Part shown: positions 19,775 to 27,845 of the stretch, piece after piece
Layout of the letters: every line of letters begins with the position of its first letter
How positions within the stretch are numbered: position 1 is the first letter of the stretch
Virus record (IMG/VR): IMGVR_UViG_3300043570_002257
Location: 1 to 64,000 of that record
Origin: a virus
Length of the DNA: 64,000 bases
Strand: one strand, 5' to 3'
Program-made: the position numbers and the translations under genes
Notes under the pieces: model-generated
Databases searched by the model: none
Told to the model about the DNA's origin: nothing
Seen by the model: the letters and a program-made list of their open reading frames with translations, nothing else

Positions 19775-19964
19775 CTAATAGTATTTTGTTACCTTCTGTT
19801 TTCTTAATGATCTCTTGTACTGTTTCAATTTTACTTGATCTTATAATAGCGTATTTTGATTCACTACCATTCCAATAAGCAAGACTGTCATCTCTATGGA
19901 AACCTGTCCAAGTAGAGTTGTACCCATTGTAATGAAAAATCCAATCATAGCATGATATGTCCAT
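19734..19964 (-). CDS. Hypothetical protein
   Basis: 3' part of track ORF 19734..20339; plausible start ATG at 19964 (MDISCYDWIFHYNGY), since the upstream part overlaps the 171-aa gene. Confidence 0.55.
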   Translation of the reverse strand: MDISCYDWIFHYNGYNSTWTGFHRDDSLAYWNGSESKYAIIRSSKIETVQEIIKKTEGNKILLDELTQRTGNKQNY

Positions 19965-19989
19965 ATGTTGTGTTTGTTGTTTAAAATGT

Positions 19990-20505
19990 TTAACCTTGGT
20001 CATACGCAAGGTGTTGGCCTCCTCGTACCTGGCTTTTCTGCTCTTCCATGAGATCCTTATACGCCCCTTTGAACGATAGACGTATTTGCTCAAACTTTGC
20101 TGCAGCATTAACCAAAGAATTGATGTTACCATCCCTGCCGTGCTCAATGGTAGTCGTTTCCATATATTTTGCCAAGCCATCAAGCATGTGTTTAATACCC
20201 ATAAAAGCCCTGTATGTAGGAGTTTCATAAAGTTTTTTGCATAATTCAATAGCAGCGACAATTGAGTCATCTTCTGTAGAAAAGTCTGCATTAATTTGTG
20301 TAAGTATAAGTTCTTCTTTTTCATTTTCAGGTGTGTCAAAAAAGGGATTTAAATCAGGATTAGGACAGGTCATGTAGAATAAGTATGAATATACATTCAT
20401 GTAACTATCAGGATATTCTACCATGATTCTTTTTAAAAATGCTAATGTGTAACAATGTTCTGTTGGAACAAGTACACCATTATCTAAGTCAAATAATTTT
20501 ACCAT
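19990..20505 (-). CDS. Conserved hypothetical protein, possible terminase small subunit
   Basis: 171 aa, helical, upstream of terL; the TerS role is positional inference only. Confidence 0.5.
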   Translation of the reverse strand: MVKLFDLDNGVLVPTEHCYTLAFLKRIMVEYPDSYMNVYSYLFYMTCPNPDLNPFFDTPENEKEELILTQINADFSTEDDSIVAAIELCKKLYETPTYRAFMGIKHMLDGLAKYMETTTIEHGRDGNINSLVNAAAKFEQIRLSFKGAYKDLMEEQKSQVRGGQHLAYDQG

Positions 20506-21350
20506 TAGTGTTTCTTTTTAATTATTTTTTCTGCATTATTCTTATACCATGTCATAATTGCAAGTACCTCATCCTTTAAGTAAGGAAGTTCATAAGGTAC
20601 TATTTCTTTTATAATAGGTTCTCCTTCTGCATTCAACTTAGAAACTGGATAACCAAAGTCATCTTTCTCATCTTCTTCTTCAAAAGAGATATGGTGTATG
20701 ATTAGTTTACCAGCTTTTAAGTTAGGATTATGTTTAAGAATCATGTACATGTAAATTGACAACTGTAAATTATAATGATTTAAGTTACAATCGTCAAGAT
20801 GTGATACTGGTGCATTCATTCTTTGAGATACACCTTCCCAATTCTTAAAGGATTCTGTTTTAATTTCTTTATTTGTTTTGTAATCTGTAATGTGAACATG
20901 CCCATCAGCCACTTCTACCAAATCACTTTGACCACATATTCCAGCAGATTTCATGTAGACCATGTGTTCTGGATAAATACCATCCATAAGTTTTTGAGAA
21001 GATGCTACCTTTAAACCATGCTCATCCTGCATTGGTCTTATAACAGGTAATACTTTCTCATAGCGAACTATGGTATCACAATTTGTGATGTCTTGTTCTC
21101 TTTGGTCATGATACCAGTTTCCTAGTGTACATGCTCTTTCAGATTCTTTTTTCCATACTCCCTGTATCTGGTCTACTGTCATTCCAAACCACTTACTCTT
21201 TTTACTTGTAGATGATTTCTTTGCAATGTTTGTAGAATCAAATGGTTGCTTTAACGCACCAATTAATGTTGTTACACTTATCCATCGTGTGTTATCAGAA
21301 GGATCTACTGAAGTGTAACTGTGGGTTTTTGGTTCAAATACTAAACTCAT
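20505..21350 (-). CDS. PD-(D/E)XK (Cas4/RecB-like) nuclease
   Basis: SVTTLIG, GNWYH, ICGQSDLV..HITDYKTN, YNLQLSIY. Confidence 0.8.
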   Translation of the reverse strand: MSLVFEPKTHSYTSVDPSDNTRWISVTTLIGALKQPFDSTNIAKKSSTSKKSKWFGMTVDQIQGVWKKESERACTLGNWYHDQREQDITNCDTIVRYEKVLPVIRPMQDEHGLKVASSQKLMDGIYPEHMVYMKSAGICGQSDLVEVADGHVHITDYKTNKEIKTESFKNWEGVSQRMNAPVSHLDDCNLNHYNLQLSIYMYMILKHNPNLKAGKLIIHHISFEEEDEKDDFGYPVSKLNAEGEPIIKEIVPYELPYLKDEVLAIMTWYKNNAEKIIKKKH

Positions 21351-21352
21351 AA

Positions 21353-21670
21353 TTAGCTTATTTTGTTAATACTCTGTCTTATTAAGTCTTCCTCCTGTTC
21401 TGTTGTTACAGCACTCCAAAATTCTTTAGGACATGATGATGCCAAAGATCTAGTTTTCAATCTTAATGAACAACCACATTCAGAACAACATGGTTGTGTA
21501 CCAATGACAGCACACTTGTCTCCTTTAACATCAAGGTAAGGACACTTTACGCAAATCTCATTTCTAGAGAAAGCAATCTCTTCAATGTGTTCTTTTTTAA
21601 ATATGTTATTTCTAACACCTTCAAAAATCTTGTTGCGTTCTTTCCAAATTTTAATTGTATTATTCAACAT
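21353..21670 (-). CDS. Small Zn-binding protein
   Basis: RNEICVKCP..CCSECGCSL..KTRSL.SSCPKEFW. Confidence 0.7.
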   Translation of the reverse strand: MLNNTIKIWKERNKIFEGVRNNIFKKEHIEEIAFSRNEICVKCPYLDVKGDKCAVIGTQPCCSECGCSLRLKTRSLASSCPKEFWSAVTTEQEEDLIRQSINKIS

Positions 21671-22043
21671 TGTCTAAGTAGTTTTCTTTTAATTTGGTTA
21701 CTTCTTTTTTTCTCTGTTGTTCTAGATCCATCTTTTGTAGTATTGCTGTATAGTTTTCTATATCAGTTTTTACTTGTAGTGATGTTTCATACATTCTAAT
21801 AGACTCAGAAGGATCTATTTTATTTAAAAAATTAATATACTTTTCCAGTTTGTTTTCAACACGTTTCCTCATAAGCACAAAAGTTCCCATGTTAGGAACG
21901 TTTATGGATGGAGCATTTACAGAACTTAATTTCTTTTGAGTTGTTCTATAAAAAAATGCTACTACATCATCTACCATAAGATGATCTAAACCTAAAGACT
22001 CTGCTGTCTTCTTAGTTATTTCCTTACGCTTTATTGGATTCAA
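21660..22043 (-). CDS. HU/IHF-like protein
   Basis: KEITKKTAESLGL..VDDVVAFFY..INVPNMGTFV. Confidence 0.6.
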   Translation of the reverse strand: MNPIKRKEITKKTAESLGLDHLMVDDVVAFFYRTTQKKLSSVNAPSINVPNMGTFVLMRKRVENKLEKYINFLNKIDPSESIRMYETSLQVKTDIENYTAILQKMDLEQQRKKEVTKLKENYLDNVE

Positions 22044-22419
22044 CTGCTAATATGTTATAGTCTAACAATACATTCCCTTTGCCATAAATGTTTAATGAAG
22101 AAGATATTTGTATTTGTCTCTTCTTATCATTAATCTTTTGTACAATACCACGCTTCTCTAGCTTAGCCATTCTGTTACGTACGTTTTGTGCACGCACAGA
22201 AAACTCTTCCATTTCAATATTCTTGTACAATCTTTTGGCAGCAGCATTACAGAATTTACCCAGTTCAATAGGTCCCCATAATGCAAGTAATGTTAATAGT
22301 TCAATATCAGATGGTATTAAATGCTCCTTCTTAAAGAAGATTAATTCTGTAATAATCTGATACTTAACCAATTCATAAGAGCTAACTCTAATCTTTTTTT
22401 GAACTCTGTTTACTTCCAT
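22024..22419 (-). CDS. Putative winged-helix DNA-binding protein
   Basis: QNVRNRMAKLEKRGIVQKI wHTH-like pattern; likely start is the ATG at 22419. Confidence 0.55.
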   Translation of the reverse strand: MEVNRVQKKIRVSSYELVKYQIITELIFFKKEHLIPSDIELLTLLALWGPIELGKFCNAAAKRLYKNIEMEEFSVRAQNVRNRMAKLEKRGIVQKINDKKRQIQISSSLNIYGKGNVLLDYNILAVESNKA

Positions 22420-22592
22420 GGTTTTTAATATTTTAATTTTATGTACCATTCACTCAGGATTTTCACCTGAACAACCCTCTCATTATAGACTTGTGAGTCT
22501 TAACTGTTCTATTCCACCAAATAGAATGGGTATGCTTTTTTTACACTTACATCAGTGCGGTACTGGCTAGTCCTGCATGGCATTCACCGTTG

Positions 22593-22667
22593 TTGCGGGG
22601 GTGGGATTTGAACCCACGTGGTTTGGCTTATGAGACCAAGCTGGAACCAACTCCAGTCTACCCCGCG
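22593..22667 (-). tRNA. tRNA-Met (CAU) with initiator-like C1xA72 mismatch; CCA not encoded
   Basis: Minus strand CGCGGGG-TA-GACTGGAGTTGGTTCCAGC-TTGGT CTCATAA GCCAA-ACCAC-GTGGG TTCAAAT CCCAC-CCCCGCA-A. Confidence 0.9.
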
Positions 22668-22672
22668 ATATA

Positions 22673-22960
22673 TTACCAAATAATTGCGATGTCTCTTTCT
22701 GCAATCATAAGTTTTAAGTCTTCACCAATAGAAACAACTCCTGCACCTTGCAAAGAATAAGTTTCTACAAATACTTTGTCACCTGCTACTACAGTTGTTA
22801 CTTCATCACCAATAGCATACACTTCTAGTGCAGTCCATTTAGCCATCATTTCAGCTTCCATTTGAGCTTCAGCGATAGGATCTAACATGATTTTAGATTC
22901 TGGTTTTACAGGTTTGCTAAGTAATACTCTAGTACCTATTAGTTTTTTAAATTCTGCCAT
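22673..22960 (-). CDS. groES: GroES/Cpn10-like co-chaperonin
   Basis: KLIGTRVLL..SKIML..EVYAIGDEVTTVVAGDKVFV..LMIAERDIAII. Confidence 0.75.
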   Translation of the reverse strand: MAEFKKLIGTRVLLSKPVKPESKIMLDPIAEAQMEAEMMAKWTALEVYAIGDEVTTVVAGDKVFVETYSLQGAGVVSIGEDLKLMIAERDIAIIW

Positions 22961-23098
22961 TTTGATTTTTATTTATTTGTGTTAGTATTTACAATGTTTT
23001 GATGATTCAGTGTTTGTGGGACTATTTTAACCCCACAAACACAAATCAAATTTCAAATAACAATACAAGTTAGTTTAAACTTGTAAGGTTTAGTTTTT

Positions 23099-23323
23099 TC
23101 ATTCTGACTTCTCAGCTCCACCTGGTACATCAGTTCCCTCCTCATGGTCAGGGGTTGTCATGTTAGCTATCATTATAGTAGCTTGAATACGCTTAGCTTC
23201 TTCTGTTACAGCCTTGGCTTGTAACTCAGCAAGTTGAGCACGTAGAGAGGCAAGTTCTATCTGGCTGTTATACCAGGCAATAACTTCATCTCTTGTTGGT
23301 TCTTTGGTTTCTTCTGTTGCCAT
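23099..23323 (-). CDS. Small coiled-coil hypothetical protein
   Basis: 74 aa, preceded by a TATATTTG box on the minus strand. Confidence 0.65.
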   Translation of the reverse strand: MATEETKEPTRDEVIAWYNSQIELASLRAQLAELQAKAVTEEAKRIQATIMIANMTTPDHEEGTDVPGGAEKSE

Positions 23324-23363
23324 TTCTTAATTTTTAAAGTTTAGTTTAATAGTAACCTCAATA

Positions 23364-23412
23364 CAAATATACTTCAAAAGTTTAACTTTTACAAATTTTT
23401 TTATTATTTTTG
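23364..23412. promoter_or_regulatory. Divergent Bacteroidota-type -7 promoter boxes (TAnnTTTG)
   Basis: TATATTTG on minus at 23371-23364 and TATTTTTG on plus at 23405-23412. Similar boxes precede genes at 3316-23(-), 46158-65(-), 46942-49(+), 50414-21(+) and 51442-49(+). Confidence 0.65.
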
Positions 23413-23416
23413 TTGT

Positions 23417-23830
23417 ATGGAAGGAATGGTACTTATAACAACCCACCCAATAAAGAAGTCTGATTTAGGGTTTCATGGTAATTTATTTGGTGGTAAGCTT
23501 TTAGCTTGGATGGATGCTGCTGCAGCTGGATATGCTATGGAAGAATGTGATACTCCACGGATGGTCACTGTTCTCATAGACAAATGTGTATTTAAAAAGC
23601 CTGCCAAGGAAGGTCAGCTAGTTAAAATCTATGGGAAGATAATACTTATAGGTCAAACATCTGCAACTTTGTACATGGAAGCTAGGGCACACAATGTATA
23701 TTCAGGTACTCAATCTGTAATCTTACATACAAATATGAGATTTGTCAGAATAGATGAAGCTGGGGATCCTCTTCCTATAGGAGATAGAACAAGAAATAAA
23801 TATAAAAATAATGCAGAAAGCAATCTTTAA
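23417..23830 (+). CDS. Hotdog-fold acyl-CoA thioesterase (YciA-like)
   Basis: DLGFHGNLFGGKLLAWMDAAA..MVTVLID..FKKPAKEGQLV..FVRIDEAGDP. Confidence 0.85.
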   Translation: MEGMVLITTHPIKKSDLGFHGNLFGGKLLAWMDAAAAGYAMEECDTPRMVTVLIDKCVFKKPAKEGQLVKIYGKIILIGQTSATLYMEARAHNVYSGTQSVILHTNMRFVRIDEAGDPLPIGDRTRNKYKNNAESNL

Positions 23831-24281
23831 ATTTAACGGGGGGCAAGGAGCCCTCTTATGTTCCAAATGCAGAGGGATAATTAAGACAGGGGCTACCATG
23901 TCACAATTTGAAAAAGATGCGATGCTAGGCAAGCAGGAGATGCTTGGTCAAGAATGTTTAGTATGTAGAACAGGTGTTAAGTATTCTTTAACAAGAGTAG
24001 AAGATGGCAAGATCATTATGGGTAAATCTGTTAAGTGGATTAAATGGAAAAAGAATGGAACATTTAAAAAGATATTTGCACGACCACAGGTTGGGTTTTC
24101 CTGTATAATAGATTCTGAACATGGTTTATCATACACATGGTTAACCACTTCAGTTGAAAGTTTTGAAAAGGTATCTGCAAATGAGTTACGCTTCAAGACT
24201 AAGAACTCAACATATATACTGAATAAAATCAAAGTAAACCCTTCTAAGATCTACTATGTAGATGAACCTTTTCAAGATTAA
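23811..24281 (+). CDS. Hypothetical protein
   Basis: 156 aa; KFNGGQGALLCSKC N-terminus and RFKTKNSTY. Confidence 0.65.
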   Translation: MQKAIFKFNGGQGALLCSKCRGIIKTGATMSQFEKDAMLGKQEMLGQECLVCRTGVKYSLTRVEDGKIIMGKSVKWIKWKKNGTFKKIFARPQVGFSCIIDSEHGLSYTWLTTSVESFEKVSANELRFKTKNSTYILNKIKVNPSKIYYVDEPFQD

Positions 24282-24294
24282 ACTAGAAACTTAT

Positions 24295-24501
24295 AGCATG
24301 CATATACATAATAAATTTCAGATTGGTGCTATTGTCTATCTTAAGACTGACATTGAACAACTACCTCGCATTGTAATTGGTATTCTAATTTCTGGAGATG
24401 GAGCTTTAATTTATAAATGTTGTCAAAGCACAGATGACAATTGGCACTATGAAGTTGAACTCTCAGACACAGTAGACATTCTCCTTAAAACTTCTAACTA
24501 A
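24295..24501 (+). CDS. Small hypothetical protein
   Basis: NKFQIGAIVYLKTDIEQLPRIV; exact start uncertain (ATG near 24298). Confidence 0.55.
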   Translation, partial: SMHIHNKFQIGAIVYLKTDIEQLPRIVIGILISGDGALIYKCCQSTDDNWHYEVELSDTVDILLKTSN

Positions 24502-24504
24502 AAA

Positions 24505-24527
24505 AACCCAGGCTATTGACCTGGGTT
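24505..24527. terminator. Bidirectional terminator between convergent genes
   Basis: AACCCAGG/CCTGGGTT inverted repeat with A-run on the left and T-rich tract on the right. Confidence 0.7.
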
Positions 24528-24547
24528 CTTTGTTTTAATGTGTTTCT

Positions 24548-24943
24548 TTAGTCAATTATAAAGTTGATGAAAGGTTCATTAACTGTACCTACAAAACTTC
24601 TTACAATAAACAAGTCATCTCCAATAAACTTGAACTCAAGCATTTTACCAAACTTAGCGTTTATGCTTGTTAAAAAAGATTGCTTGGTTAATCTAGAACC
24701 ATGGTAAACATATCCCAGTCTCATACTAAAAGTATAAGGATCTGAACTTATGTAAAAGTTCAATCTGTAGCTGTCAACTTCTGGATAGCTATCACCTTCA
24801 TTAGGGAAAGAAGGAGTTACTTGAACAAGACAATCTTCTCCTAAGAAGATAGGAACACTCTTGCCCCCTTTTGGTTTCTTACCTTGTATAGGACTTCCTA
24901 ATACAGGTTTGCCATTTTTTGTGAACGCATAATAATTTGCCAT
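24548..24943 (-). CDS. Hypothetical protein
   Basis: 131 aa with its own putative late-type promoter motif at 24978-24987. Confidence 0.6.
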   Translation of the reverse strand: MANYYAFTKNGKPVLGSPIQGKKPKGGKSVPIFLGEDCLVQVTPSFPNEGDSYPEVDSYRLNFYISSDPYTFSMRLGYVYHGSRLTKQSFLTSINAKFGKMLEFKFIGDDLFIVRSFVGTVNEPFINFIID

Positions 24944-25195
24944 AGTATATATTTTTTAAATGTCTAACAATCTCACTTATAATATAGGAAATTCTTCTGA
25001 ATATATAGCTCACTGCTGTAACATTTATAGATCAAATTTGTGACAAAATGAGCTATAACAAATATTTTTTTGAACTCTACTGGAACTACCCCCCATGCAA
25101 GGATTAGAGAGTGAGTACTCCCTATAGTAACAACCCCCCACCATAAAACACAACACCTATACCCCCATGTGATTCAGCACATTAAATTATAACTT

Positions 25196-25297
25196 ATGTA
25201 TCATTGGTATCTAATTTCTGGACACTCAATCCTTGCAAAGTCATGCAGAGAAGCGTACCAGTACTTCATTGAGTACTGCAGGGAAGACAGACACTGA
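25196..25297 (+). CDS. 33-aa small ORF not in the track
   Basis: MYHWYLISGHSILAKSCREAYQYFIEYCREDRH*; lies between the motif copy at 25151 and the hairpin at 25322-25355. Confidence 0.5.
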   Translation: MYHWYLISGHSILAKSCREAYQYFIEYCREDRH

Positions 25298-25430
25298 GAC
25301 AGTGTCACCAGAACAGAACACACACAGAGATATTCTACACGAGTGTCTCTGTGTTTACTGTATATAAGACCTATGATACAACACCTTAATCCCCATTACA
25401 AATAGTAATTCATCACTCTAAATAAATCAT

Positions 25431-25661
25431 ATGAAGCATCCTTTAAAAAGAATGATTATGCCTGTACAGATAGTTGCATGGCTTGTAATCCCTGTTGTCA
25501 TGGTGACAATTGTAACTGCTGCCTTTGCTGGTAGTATCTCTCTATTAACTTCACTAACCTTTAGTGAGGTAAGTAACTCTACGCCAATGTGGATATTCAA
25601 TGTCTTTACTGGTATTGGTTACATAATAGCTACTGGCTCATGGTTGTGGGAAGAGGCATAA
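25431..25661 (+). CDS. Small membrane protein (2 TM)
   Basis: Two hydrophobic stretches; flanked by a motif copy and a hairpin at 25644-25672. Confidence 0.7.
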   Translation: MKHPLKRMIMPVQIVAWLVIPVVMVTIVTAAFAGSISLLTSLTFSEVSNSTPMWIFNVFTGIGYIIATGSWLWEEA

Positions 25662-25740
25662 CTCTCCCACAATCTTCAACACCTTAAATCCCTTATTATT
25701 CACTCACAATTTATCATTTAACCCTTTAATCAAATCAATT

Positions 25741-26232
25741 ATGAACAAAGTTCAAATTAAACCAACTGAAACTGGTGCTTTAGTAAACACCTACAAGAAC
25801 AATCCTGCTTATGGATACGTAACTCTTCAATCTGAAGAAATGAGCGTAGAAGGTGGCTGGGTTAGAAACTCAACACGCACTGCATTACTTAGAGCTGAGA
25901 CAAGCTTATTAGAAAAGTTTGTTAACACCTTTGGTAAATCTGGAAGTGTTACTGGACGTATTGTAGTAAGAGAATTTGCAGAGTCTCAACTACCTGAGAA
26001 CTTTCAATCACGCTTGAACAAGAACGTAGACTATGAAGATGCTATTGCACCTTACGTTAAACGTGCTGGTAAAGACGGTATTGAATTAACTATTGGTGGT
26101 GAGCGTATCTTGCGCTTTGCAGACTATGATGCATCTGGTGTAGACCAAGATGTACGCGTTGCACATGACAATGTTAGTGCTATTGCTGCATCACGCATTG
26201 TAAATGTAAATGCTGCTGCATTACCTGCTTAA
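25741..26232 (+). CDS. Hypothetical protein, paralog A
   Basis: 163 aa, aligned end to end with 26435..26926. Confidence 0.85.
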   Translation: MNKVQIKPTETGALVNTYKNNPAYGYVTLQSEEMSVEGGWVRNSTRTALLRAETSLLEKFVNTFGKSGSVTGRIVVREFAESQLPENFQSRLNKNVDYEDAIAPYVKRAGKDGIELTIGGERILRFADYDASGVDQDVRVAHDNVSAIAASRIVNVNAAALPA

Positions 26233-26239
26233 TTAACAA

Positions 26240-26280
26240 GACTGCTGGCTGGGGAATAAACTCCTCAGCCACAGTTTTTT
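26240..26280 (+). terminator. Intrinsic terminator
   Basis: ACTGCTGGCTGGGGA/TCCTCAGCCACAGT followed by a T-run. Confidence 0.75.
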
Positions 26281-26434
26281 CCAAATAAACACACTGAGGT
26301 GACTGCTTAACATGAAGACAAAAACAACAGAACAGTTTTTTCCTCAAGTCCTACTCAACGCCTTAATTACCCTTGAATACAACAACACCTAAACCCCCTC
26401 TTTATTTTAGTATTAACAATTTAAAAAACAGATT

Positions 26435-26926
26435 ATGTCTCAAGTACAAATCATCCCTAACTCAAAAACTGGCAGTGTAATCACAGCCTACAAAAACAAT
26501 GCTGACTATGGTTATGTTCAGCTTCAACAAACTGCTATCACCGTTGATGGTGGTTGGGTAAGAGAGAGCAACCGCTCTACTCTATTACGCGCAAAAATGG
26601 ACTTGTTAACCAAGTTTGTTAGCGCTTACAAAACTTTGCAATTGCCAGGTGCAATTGTAGTAAAAGAATATCTTGAGTCAGAAGTGCCTCAAGCTATTAG
26701 TGATAAATTCTTTAACAAAGAGTTAGCTTATGAAGATGCAATTGCACAGTATGTAAAACGTGCAGGTGCAGATGGTCAAGAGTTAACTGTTGGTGGAGAA
26801 CGCATTCTACGCTTCACAAGTTATGATGCTAACGGTTCTGATACAGACGTTAAAGTAGCACATGACAACGTAGTTGTAAAGGCAGAAGGTAAAATACAAC
26901 CTGCTCTTACAGCAAATTTAGGATAA
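26435..26926 (+). CDS. Hypothetical protein, paralog B
   Basis: 163 aa; shares GGWVR, YEDAIA.YVKRAG.DG.ELT.GGERILRF and VAHDNV with paralog A. Confidence 0.85.
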   Translation: MSQVQIIPNSKTGSVITAYKNNADYGYVQLQQTAITVDGGWVRESNRSTLLRAKMDLLTKFVSAYKTLQLPGAIVVKEYLESEVPQAISDKFFNKELAYEDAIAQYVKRAGADGQELTVGGERILRFTSYDANGSDTDVKVAHDNVVVKAEGKIQPALTANLG

Positions 26927-26936
26927 TTGGTTTATA

Positions 26937-26985
26937 ACTGTGGTAGGTATAGAGTGTAATGCTCTGTACTTACTGCAGTTTTTTT
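26937..26985 (+). terminator. Intrinsic terminator
   Basis: ACTGTGGTAGGTATAGAG/CTCTGTACTTACTGCAGT (G-U pairs on the plus strand) followed by a T-run. Confidence 0.75.
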
Positions 26986-27339
26986 CTTATCATTCTTTAA
27001 AACAATAGGTGTTGTGCGACAAACTCACAAAGATGTACAAAACTTCTTTGTAACTCATTGATTATAAAAGATTTATGTGCGTGAAAGGAGGTGGCTAATC
27101 TCCTCTCCCACATATATTAGTCAAAAAATATTCTCTCAAAAACATGTTGTAGTGTATAGTAAATAGCTATAACAGACAGATATGCTTACACAGTGAGCAA
27201 CAAAGTGATATGTTTCTTTCAAAGTTTCATATGTTCTTTCTTATGTTTCTTCTATAGTAAGTTTAAGATAATTAGTGTTATCTCTCTCTATAGCATAAGA
27301 GCATCCGCAATCTTTAAAAAACCCTCAAATCAAGTAATT

Positions 27340-27720
27340 ATGGAATCAATGAAGAACTTTCTTATTCAAGTTACATTGCCTGATGGGCAAGTTTACAAAG
27401 AATCTGTTTATGCTCATACAAAATGGCATGCTATTGATAAAGCATATACAAAGATGTATAAGTATCAAAACAACCGCAAGATGTACAAATTATACAAACC
27501 CTCAAAATTAGGACATTTGTATGACAAGTACTTAGTTATTAACAATCTATGGAGCTTAGTAAACTTATTAAATGATGATAAGGTATTGTTTTACATAAGA
27601 GATGAGTCAGATAATTTTATTAATTATCCTCTTGACAACATCATAAATGCAGAACAACCTTACTTAGTCAAACTAATAAGACAGAAAAGGTTCTATTATT
27701 GCTATAAGACCATAGCATAA
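27340..27720 (+). CDS. Hypothetical protein
   Basis: Likely start is the ATG at 27340 (MESMKNFLIQV) rather than the GTG at 27193. Confidence 0.55.
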   Translation: MESMKNFLIQVTLPDGQVYKESVYAHTKWHAIDKAYTKMYKYQNNRKMYKLYKPSKLGHLYDKYLVINNLWSLVNLLNDDKVLFYIRDESDNFINYPLDNIINAEQPYLVKLIRQKRFYYCYKTIA

Positions 27721-27792
27721 GTGGTGATGAAACAATGCAGTTTATATGTTAGCTAACAACATACGCATACACTGAAGAAGGTGTATAACAAT

Positions 27793-27845
27793 GGTCAAGT
27801 GGAGGGATATGTGCTCCCGCATAGGTTCAAGTCCTATCTTGACCA
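27793..27845 (+). ncRNA. 53-nt tRNA-like element lacking an anticodon arm
   Basis: Acceptor GGTCAAG/CTTGACC-A, T arm ATAGG-TTCAAGT-CCTAT, only one small hairpin (GGAG/CTCC) between them. Confidence 0.7.

Larger units (their letters stand above)
25151..26398 (+). promoter_or_regulatory. Five copies of a CAAC(A/G)CCT-W-A-n-CCC motif, candidate phage-RNAP early promoters
   Basis: Copies at 25151, 25379, 25677, 26356 and 26383, each intergenic and 45-80 nt upstream of an ATG. Confidence 0.6.

Noticed and set aside
19965-20339. N-terminal 125 aa of track ORF 19734..20339
   Set aside because: It overlaps the better-supported 19990..20505 gene in another frame, so only the part from ATG 19964 was kept.
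20505-21350. Cas4 as evidence of a CRISPR-Cas system
   Set aside because: It is a stand-alone PD-(D/E)XK nuclease lacking the Cas4 Fe-S Cys cluster, with no other cas genes.
25151-26398. CAACACCT repeats as a mini-CRISPR array
   Set aside because: They are short, degenerate, irregularly spaced and separated by whole genes.
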